Shown: positions 14,501 to 24,937 of the stretch, in pieces | Numbering within the stretch: position 1 is the first letter of the stretch | How the letters are laid out: each line of letters opens with the position of its first letter | NCBI RefSeq assembly: GCF_009914755.1 | Contig: NC_060932.1 | DNA from: the human T2T-CHM13v2.0 reference genome, Homo sapiens | DNA length: 64,000 bases | Direction: 5' to 3' (one strand) | Notes under the pieces: generated by a model | What the model was told of the DNA's origin: nothing | The model's input: only the letters and a program-made list of their open reading frames with translations | The model's database searches: none | Position numbers and translations under genes: made by a program

Positions 14501-17500
14501 ATGGACGGCACCCTGGTGACACAGGGGACAGAGCTGCCCCTGAAAACCTCCAACCAGAGGCCTGATTCAAGAACTTATGAGAGCCCAGGGGATCTGGAAA
14601 ACCAACAGCAGTGTTGTTTCCCAACCTTCTTGAACGCCCGAGCCTGCGCTTGTGCCACCAATGAGGATGAAGCAGAAAGAGACAGTGAGGAGCAGAGGGC
14701 GAGCTCGAACCTGGAGCAGTTAGCTGAAAACACAGTGCAAGAAGAGGTGCAATTAGAGGAAACTAAAGAAGGAACAGAAGGAGAAGGGCTGCAAGAAGAG
14801 GGGGTGCAGTTAGAGGAAACTAAAACAGAAGAAGGGCTGCAAGAAGAGGGGGTGCAGTTAGAGGAAACTAAAACAGAAGAAGGGCTGCAAGAAGAGGGGG
14901 TGCAGTTAGAGGAAACTAAAACAGAAGAAGGGCTGCAAGAAGAGGGGGTGCAGTTAGAGGAAACTAAAACAGAAGAAGGGCTGCAAGAAGAGGGGGTGCA
15001 GTTAGAGGAAACTAAAACAGAAGAAGGGCTGCAAGAAGAGGGGGTGCAGTTAGAGGGGACTAAAGAAACGGAAGGAGAAGGACAGCAAGAAGAAGAGGCG
15101 CAGTTAGAGGAAATTGAAGAAACAGGAGGAGAAGGGCTGCAAGAAGAGGGGGTGCAGTTAGAGGAAGTTAAAGAAGGGCCAGAAGGAGGACTGCAAGGAG
15201 AGGCTCTTGAAGAGGGTCTCAAAGAGGAAGGACTTCCAGAAGAAGGAAGCGTCCACGGGCAGGAATTGTCAGAGGCCAGCTCTCCGGATGGGAAAGGCTC
15301 CCAGGAAGATGACCCAGTCCAGGAGGAGGAAGCAGGAAGAGCCTCTGCCTCTGCAGAGCCGTGCCCCGCAGAGGGCACAGAGGAACCCACAGAGCCCCCT
15401 AGTCATCTCAGCGAGACGGACCCAAGTGCCAGCGAGAGTCAGAGTGGCTCCCAGCTTGAGCCTGGTTTGGAAAAGCCGCCCGGAGCCACCATGATGGGCC
15501 AAGAGCACACGCAGGCCCAACGCACCCAGGGGGCTGCAGAGAGGAGCTCTTCGGTGGCCTGCAGCGCGGCTCTGGACTGCGACCCCATCTGGGTGTCCGT
15601 GTTACTGAAGAAGACGGAGAAGGCCTTCCTGGCCCACCTTGCCAGTGCGGTGGCTGAGCTCCGAGCACGCTGGGGCCTGCAGGACAATGATCTGCTGGAC
15701 CAGATGGCGGCCGAGCTGCAGCAGGACGTGGCCCAACGCCTCCAGGACAGCACCAAGAGAGAGCTCCAGAAGCTCCAGGGCCGGGCGGGTAGGATGGTGC
15801 TGGAGCCTCCAAGGGAGGCCCTCACCGGGGAGCTGCTCCTGCAGACCCAGCAGCGCAGACACCGTCTCCGGGGCCTGCGAAACCTCTCGGCCTTCTCTGA
15901 GCGGACCCTGGGCCTGGGGCCCCTCTCCTTCACCCTGGAGGACGAGCCAGCCCTCAGCACAGCCCTGGGGAGCCAGCTGGGCGAGGAGGCGGAGGGGGAG
16001 GAGTTCTGTCCCTGCGAGGCCTGCGTGAGGAAGAAAGTGAGCCCTATGTCCCCCAAGGCCACAATGGGGGCAACCAGAGGTCCCATCAAAGAGGCCTTTG
16101 ACCTGCAGCAGATTCTGCAGAGGAAGAGGGGAGAACACACTGATGGGGAGGCAGCAGAGGTGGCCCCTGGCAAGACCCACACGGACCCCACGAGCACTAG
16201 GACTGTCCAGGGAGCTGAGGGAGGGCTGGGGCCGGGGCTGAGCCAGGGGCCTGGAGTGGACGAGGGTGAGGATGGCGAGGGGAGCCAGAGACTCAACAGA
16301 GACAAAGATCCCAAACTCGGGGAGGCAGAGGGAGATGCAATGGCTCAGGAGAGAGAAGGGAAAACCCACAACAGTGAAACCAGTGCGGGCAGTGAGTTGG
16401 GGGAAGCTGAGCAGGAGGGAGAGGGCATAAGTGAAAGGGGAGAAACTGGGGGTCAAGGCTCTGGGCATGAGGACAACTTGCAGGGTGAAGCTGCGGCAGG
16501 AGGTGACCAAGATCCAGGACAGAGTGATGGGGCCGAAGGCATAGAGGCCCCGGAGGCTGAAGGGGAGGCCCAGCCAGAGTCAGAAGGTGTAGAGGCCCCA
16601 GAGGCAGAAGGGGATGCCCAGGAGGCTGAAGGGGAGGCCCAGCCAGAGTCAGAAGATGTAGAGGCCCCAGAGGCAGAAGGAGAGGCCCAGCCAGAGTCAG
16701 AAGTTGTAGAGACCCCAGAGGCAGAATGGGAGGTCCAGCCAGAGTCAGAAGGTGCAGAAGCCCCGGAGGCAGAAAAGGAGGCCCAGCCAGAGACAGAAAG
16801 TGTAGAGGCCCTGGAGACTGAAGGGGAGGACGAGCCAGAGTCAGAAGGTGCAGAGGCCCAAGAGGCAGAAGAGGAGGCCCAGGAGGCAGAAGGGCAGGCC
16901 CAGCCAGAGTCAGAAGTTATAGAGTCCCAGGAGGCAGAAGAGGAAGCCCAGCCAGAGTCAGAAGATGTAGAGGCCCTGGAGGTTGAAGTGGAGACCCAGG
17001 AGGCAGAAGGGGAGGCCCAGCCAGAGTCAGAAGATGTAGAGGCCCCAGAGGCTGAAGGGGAGATGCAAGAGGCAGAAGAGGAGGCCCAGCCAGAGTCAGA
17101 CGGTGTAGAGGCCCAGCCAAAGTCAGAAGGTGAAGAGGCCCAGGAGGTTGAAGGGGAGACCCAGAAGACAGAAGGGGATGCCCAGCCAGAGTCAGACGGT
17201 GTAGAGGCCCCGGAGGCAGAAGAGGAGGCACAGGAGGCTGAAGGGGAGGTCCAGGAGGCAGAAGGGGAGGCCCACCCAGAGTCAGAAGATGTAGATGCCC
17301 AGGAGGCAGAAGGGGAGGCCCAGCCAGAATCAGAAGGTGTAGAGGCCCCAGAGGCAGAAGGGGAGGCCCAGAAGGCAGAAGGTATAGAGGCCCCAGAGAC
17401 TGAAGGGGAGGCCCAGCCAGAGTCAGAAGGTATAGAGGCCCCAGAGGCTGAAGGGGAGGCCCAGCCTGAGTCAGAAGGTGTAGAGGCCCAGGATGCAGAA

Positions 17501-18241
17501 GGGGAGGCCCAGCCAGAGTCAGAAGGTATAGAGGCCCAGGAGGCTGAAGAGGAGGCCCAACCAGAGTTAGAAGGTGTAGAGGCCCCAGAGGCAGAAGGGG
17601 AGGCCCAGCCAGAGTCAGAAGGTATAGAGGCCCCAGAGGCAGAAGGGGAGGCCCAACCAGAGTTAGAAGGTGTAGAGGCCCCGGAGGCTGAAGAGGAGGC
17701 CCAGCCAGAGCCAGAAGGCGTAGAGACCCCGGAGGCTGAAGGGGAGGCCCAGCCAGAGTCGGAAGGAGAAACTCAAGGTGAGAAAAAGGGGAGCCCTCAG
17801 GTCAGTCTAGGAGATGGCCAATCTGAGGAGGCTTCTGAAAGCAGCAGCCCAGTCCCTGAGGACAGGCCCACTCCACCCCCTTCCCCAGGTAGAGACACTC
17901 CCCACCAAAGGCCAGGCTCCCAAACAGGCCCTTCCTCCTCCAGAGCATCCTCTTGGGGCAACTGCTGGCAGAAAGACTCAGAAAATGACCATGTACTTGG
18001 AGACACAAGGAGCCCTGATGCCAAGTCCACGGGGACCCCTCATGCAGAGAGGAAGGCCACCAGGATGTACCCAGAAAGTTCTACTTCTGAGCAAGAAGAG
18101 GCCCCTTTGGGCTCAAGGACTCCAGAGCAGGGGGCCAGTGAAGGTTATGACCTACAAGAGGACCAGGCACTCGGAAGTCTCGCCCCCACTGAGGCAGTGG
18201 GCAGGGCAGACGGCTTTGGCCAAGATGACTTAGATTTCTAG
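11598..18241 (+). CDS. RP1L1: RP1L1 exon 4 (terminal, 6644 nt coding): RP1-homology segment, long disordered region, two Glu-rich repeat regions. Full protein 2464 aa.
   Basis: Pyrimidine tract then gtgccag|GG, in frame with exon 3 (G|GG). DDMKKKVRMNEDGSLSVEMKVRFHLVGEDTLLWS matches the RP1 domain. Uninterrupted ORF to ...GQDDLDF-TAG. Confidence 0.97.
14783..15070 (+). repeat. RP1L1: Coding 48-bp/16-aa VNTR (EGLQEEGVQLEETKTE): 5 identical copies plus 1 variant copy
   Basis: The unit gaagggctgcaagaagagggggtgcagttagaggaaactaaaacagaa starts at 14783, 14831, 14879, 14927 and 14975. A diverging copy starts at 15023. Confidence 0.95.
16535..17770 (+). repeat. RP1L1: Degenerate coding repeat of 16-aa (EAEGEAQPESEGVEAP) and 7-aa (EAEGEAQ) units
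   Basis: Recurrent gaggcagaaggggaggcccagccagagtcagaaggtgtagaggcccca over ~1.2 kb. Confidence 0.93.
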
Positions 18242-18762
18242 ACAAGATCAAGCTAGAAAACAATCACGAGCTTGGGAGCTCTGTTTTTATTCATATTTTT
18301 TCTACAAAACTGAGCAACGTTCAGTCCACTGGAGATGTTCATAGTACATGGACAAAGACCAAGGACTTGCCAAGGACACAGCCCATGCCATGCTGTCCTG
18401 GGACTCTTAAGTCCAGAAGTGTCAGAGAGCTCTGCGGCCCGTCCCACACGCAGTGTGAAGAAAGGGGGTGTCTGCGGATCTGCCCGGTTATCGGAGGTCA
18501 GCCCGGCTCCTATTTATTTGTCTGCAGAGCCCGAAAGATGGAACTGATTGGAAAGGCTCCAGTTTAGCTTTTGTTTGTGGGTTTGTTTTCTGCTAGCAAG
18601 TGTTGCTCTCTGTCTTTTCCCTGTTGATCTCCTGTTACTTTTCTCCTTGGCTTCTGTTGGCACTCACCTCATTTGACTTTGAGGTGCTTTTTTTCTAGTC
18701 TGGAATATATTTGATGACTCTGCAGAAATACTTGGGCAAAGCAGGTAACTTCAGAGTCATTG

Positions 18763-18768
18763 GATAAA
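18763..18768 (+). terminator. Probable non-canonical polyadenylation signal GATAAA for RP1L1
   Basis: GATAAA followed ~16-20 nt later by CA and then a GU/U-rich tract (gttgtttttttctt). No AATAAA seen after the stop codon until ~20225. Confidence 0.55.
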
Positions 18769-18849
18769 GTTTGTTCTCAACTCCAAAGTCCAAGTTGTTT
18801 TTTCTTAATTCATACATTTTGTAATGAAAAAATGGAAAATGCAGAAAAA

Positions 18850-19560
18850 AGCAGAGAGGAAGAAATAATCCTGTCACTCGGAGACTTCTGTTTGCAATTG
18901 AATGTATTTCCTTCTCCTCCTAACCATTTTACAGTTGAGATGATTCTTTATATATATATTTACATATGTTTTAAAAACTTAACAATGTAAAGATTTCCCC
19001 TATTTATCTCAAAATCATCATAAACCTATCTCTTAACATTATTCATAAACCTGAATAATGTGCTATTAACGAGTATATTGAATACTTTCTCATTTTCCTA
19101 TTTTTGACCTTTTAGATGGTTTCCTTTATTTTGCTCTTAACACTTTTTTTTTTCTTGAACTTCTGATTAATTCCTTAGGATAGACTCCCAGACATGGAAT
19201 TACCAGGCCAAAGGATATCAACATTTTTAAGGCTTTTGATATCCTGCAGCCAAACTGTTTTTTCTAAAGATCTGTACTCACGGTGAGAGTATGATCAGTG
19301 TTTGGTATTGTCATTAAAATTGAAAAATCATTTGCAAATTTCATTGGCAAAAAAATAGTATCTTATTTTAATGAGGTACTATCTTAGATATAAATTTGAT
19401 AACTAATGAAATTAAAATTTTTTCTAGGTTTTAAAAAACTATTTGAATGTAAATGATTTGTGCATGCTTTTGACCCATTTTTCTACTGAGATCCCACCTT
19501 TTTTTTTCTTTTAATGAATTGATTTGCCTGTGCCCTTTATAAATTTTTTTAAATTCTATT
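18850..19560 (-). mobile_element. Probable old L1M(E) fragment
   Basis: AT-rich. ttccttaggatagactcccagacatggaattaccaggccaaaggata resembles the reverse strand of old L1 3' ends. Confidence 0.4.
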
Positions 19561-19840
19561 TCTCATTTGCAAGATTTTAAAAATGCCCTCTCTGCACACC
19601 CTTCAAAAGCAGGGCTTAGACTGAGCCACATGCAGGTAGAGAGCTCCTGGATGGGGTAGAATGTCTTTGACTGGTTCTCACTGGCTTTCCTGCATATACC
19701 AGAGCATTCATTTTGTGGCATCCAGATGTATTAAAATGGAGTCTGTGCTACAATGGCAGGTACTGCCCCTGGTTATCTAAATGTATCCACACAAAGCAAA
19801 GGTTGGGTATCTGTTGTCTGTACATGTCTGCAGTCTTCTA

Positions 19841-20239
<399 letters not shown>

Positions 20240-20879
20240 TTATATAAATGTAAACTATGATATATTTGGGGGGTAGTGTTTCTTCATATTGGATGAAGGG
20301 CTGGTGAAGAATTACACTCACAAGTCACATGTCAATCAGAACTGGCATCTTAGCTAGAAGCCCCCAGTGGAACAGATTGCACTGTGAGCTTGTTCTGGAA
20401 ATGGTGACATGTAGAGGCGTGCAGCACTTGTCACCACTACTGGCTGGCATGAAGCATACACCGGGCACCTCTTCTGTGATTTGAAGTCCCCATTCTTTCT
20501 CTGAGAGATGCTCCAACCCCTTTGTTTCACTCCCTGCCCCCCCACCCCCACCCCAATGCTAGTGACAGCCAGTCCTGTCACCTACTGACCTGGCACCTCA
20601 TTAAAATGGCATTGTCCATCTCTAGTTAACAGCATACAATGAAAAGAGCATGGGACCTGGAGCTGAGGGACCTGGAGCTGAAGGGCCTGGGCTGAAGTCC
20701 CAGTGACCCCCAACTCAGTTTCAGCATCTGCCAAATGGGCTAAATGATGTTTTCCTCACTGTAGTGTTGAGAAATAGATAATATGAAACTTTATTACACA
20801 CATGGTGGGGATAGATGCATATTTTAATTATAACTGCTAAGTATTTAGTGCCTACAATGTGTCACGTATCATACTAGAC

Positions 20880-21075
20880 TCTTGATATAAATGATCATTT
20901 GTGAGATTTAAACTTCTCAACATGTCTGTGAAATAGGCAAGTAGGTGTTCCATTTCACAAATGGAGAAACCGAGGCTTAGAAGAGAGACAGACTTGCCCA
21001 GACTCACACAGCTAGTTAGGAACAAAGCCAGGATTTAAACTCAGATATTTCAGACTCCAAAGTCCACATCTTCCA
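20880..21075. mobile_element. MIR fragment
   Basis: catttcacaaatggagaaaccgaggcttagaag...acttgcccagactcacacagctag...ggatttaaactcag is the MIR core. Confidence 0.65.
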
Positions 21076-24000
21076 TTGTATCATAATTTTTCTTTTTTGT
21101 TTTGATTTAGATCCTGTAAATAAACACCTTAGCTAGAGGTAGCCAACACCTTGTTGAATGATGTTACTGCAAGATAGTGACTACTTAGGGGAGTAAATTA
21201 AATGGGATTTTTGGTTCAGCTGATTCCATTCTGCCTCCAGCAATGTTCTCCTTCTGTACAGATATCAGCAGCTGCAGATAACCTGGGTTTATAAAGCCGA
21301 TCATTAAACTGAAAAGTTACCTGCATTAAAATGAAGTTATCTGCCCATGGGATTCTCCTTTTAGTTTGCAAACACACCCACCCCGTATGTCTGCAGTTTA
21401 TATTTAAAAAATTTGTTAATGGACAACTCTGTGTTTCCTTCTGACCTGGAGATAAAGAATTTCAGGGCCATCGGCTGAGAGGATTTTTGTGTCTTCTCCT
21501 TGATTCCTTTCTCTACAGCACTCTTTCAGCATCTCTTAAAATGCTGGCATTCCTATAGCCTCAGCCTGCCCCAAATCAAAACCCATGTCATGTGTCACTC
21601 AGATGCTGACGAAGCAAACATAGTATCAGCATAATGTGAAAGCTTTTGGCCAGGGGAGTTTCTCCTTGAAGGGGAAGGGGAGGGAACCACGCCCTTCTCT
21701 CCTGTCTATTGTCCAGCTGGTGGGGATCAGAGACTCCAGTTGAAAAGGATCACCGTTTAGGGGTTAGAACCGAAGACCCATGTCCAGCCCCACACCTAGA
21801 GATGCTGACTTTATCAGTCTAGGGCAGGGCTTCAGCACAGTGCTCTTGGAGGGGTTTGAAGTTCAGTGGAGGTAGGTGACGGCTGATTCAGTCCAAAACA
21901 CCACAGCTGTATGAGTGGCTGAGCCCAGACCAGATTCCAGGCCTTTCTCCATCTCTCACTCAATATCCCCCATCCTAGAACTAGGAGAGGCCCTGCAGAG
22001 AAACGCAGGCAGGCCGCAAAGCCACTCCCTTGTCATCCAGACCAGTTGTCCCCTCACCCACATGCCCCCATTCCTCTCCATTCAAACTCCCTGCGTCATT
22101 GGGGTCTCCACGCGAGGACAGGCTGTGTCTCCAGAAGGGCCCGTCTAGCCTGGCCAGGGGAGAAGGGGACCCATCCTTAATCTTATGAAGCGTTCAACAT
22201 AAGTGCATGCTTGGAACCGGGAGGTTCCTGAGGTTTTCAAAGATCTCACAGGCCCGTGCGTTTTTTTCCTTCAGTTAAATGAACATGAAAACCACCTACG
22301 GGGCTTTAAGATGAACAGTTCCACTTATGAAATTCTGATCCAGTGTGTCCGAGGCCTAGGAATGTGCATTTCACCAAGCTCCCAGAGGAAAGCGGGCACA
22401 AACCCCCGCCGCCTGCCTGCATTCTACATCCGGGCCACCCTCCCACCAGGATGTGTGGTCCTCGGAGGGGCTGAGCACCTCTCACCAGCCCCGGCCCGAA
22501 AAACGCACACACGGACACGCACACACACACGCACACACAGACAGCTGCTTCCTTGCTCTCATTATGTAGTCTCCCCAAGGGACAGTGGGGGTCAGCCAGA
22601 GTCAAGCTCCCGCTCCGTCTTCCTCTCCGGAGAGGCAATTAGGGTGGATCCGGAGCCATCTCCCTCCTCTGACCCTCCTGCCCCCGTGTCCACAGGCACA
22701 GCTGGCAGTCCAGGCCCCCATCTATGGAGACGGGACTCAGCCCGCACAGACACACGCCTGGGCTGCAAAGGCGCCGGGGCTCGCTCCCTCTCACTAACCA
22801 AGTACCCCGGGCAGAGGGACCCTGGCTTGTTTCGTGACTTCCGCTGGATCCAGCCAGGCCTGGCCTCCTGGGGTCATCGGCCTGGGGTCTGAACTGAGCC
22901 TCCAGATCCAGGCGGCGGGCGGCAGCCTCATAGCGCTCGTCTAGGGACCAGGTCTCCAACCTCCCATTGGTTCAACCCTCACCCTGAGAGGCTGACCGAG
23001 CCCACCTGTGCCCTCCTAGGTCCCACATTTTGAGACCTGGTTGGGGTGATCATGGCTCCAGGCACTCAGATTGTGGGTGAGGCCCCTGCAGCCCTGTGAG
23101 TGAGGAGCATACTCCCCTCCGGCCCTGCCCGCCTCCTCCATCACCTCTTTCTCTCCTCCCCTCTCCGCTCACCGCCCCCACCACCCGCTGGGCCCCAAAT
23201 CACTGCTGGCTATGATCCTATTTTCCAAAGGCTGGAGTGTTCTCAGTCATCATGTCCCCAGACGGTGGTGGCCAGCACTCCTAAGACACTGATCCCAACT
23301 TGGTGACCATCTCTGGCCCTCTCTAGCCCATTTCTGGCACCTCGAATGGGGAACGTCGGTGTCTCCCTATCCTCCACTCACTGCCCGCCTCTGCCCTCAG
23401 CCCCCTGGGTGAGCCCATCCGTGCTCTGCTGTTCCTGCTCCTGCTTTTGAGCAGAGGACTCCCAAGTCCATGGCTCAGGCCCAGGATCTCTCTCAGCTCC
23501 CTTCACCACATTGCCTGGGAGCCACACGCCCAGCAGAAGGCACCCTCTGTCCTCGTCCTCAGCCTGCTCTTGTCCCCATGGCTAGACCTGGCCCCCAGCC
23601 ATCCCAGGCTTATCCATCCCCACCCCCAGCTCCCAGCCCTGAATCTACTAAAGCTGCCCCAGGCCCAGCAGTTCCTGCCTTCCCAACCCCTCCACCTGCC
23701 TCCTCAGGGTGTCCCCACATCTAGACTTGCCCACGCCACTCTGTCCTCACCACTTGCCACCACTTGCCTCTGGAAAAGAGAAAGCTCGCCATGCTGCTTC
23801 TGCCTGCAACTGCCCAAGGGCCTCTCACCACCCCCAGCCAGGGCCAGCCCCTCAGCCTGGGTTCTGCTTACCCCATTTCCCTACCTCCCTTCCTCCCCTC
23901 CTCCTCCTTCTCTCTCCTCCCGCCCCTCCCCTGTCCTAGCCTGCTGTCCCCTCCCTCTTCACCCATCTTCCTCTTGCTCCAGCATAGCAGCTCCCAGTGT

Positions 24001-24324
24001 CCAGGAAGCCACCACTCCAGCACCAGATGCCTGGGCCTGCAGGGCCTTTGCTCTAGGGAGTACTCCATGCCCGTCCTGGGCACAGCACCCACAGGCTCAC
24101 ACCAGCCTGGGCTAAAGGGCCTTTGCCCTGTGGAGCACCCAGCCCCTTCCTGGGCTCAGAGTGTGCCCACAGGCCCACACCACTGCCTTGGAGGTCAGGG
24201 CTGCCCACGGCCCCTCCTGCTGCCGGCCTGCTGACCGTGACCTGCACATCACAGATGCCTACCAAAAGCCTTATTGTTAATGACTTGGAAAAAAAAATGT
24301 ATTTTTACTAAGATATTTTACTGA

Positions 24325-24937
<613 letters not shown>

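Noticed and set aside
11892-16510. Long antisense ORFs (364, 228, 271, 291, 302 aa) overlapping exon 4
   Set aside because: Shadow ORFs expected from a GC-rich repetitive coding strand. No domain signatures.
22203-24234. ORFs of 229, 222 and 156 aa downstream of RP1L1
   Set aside because: Non-ATG starts, they span CA repeats or C/T-rich low-complexity sequence, and they show no protein-like features
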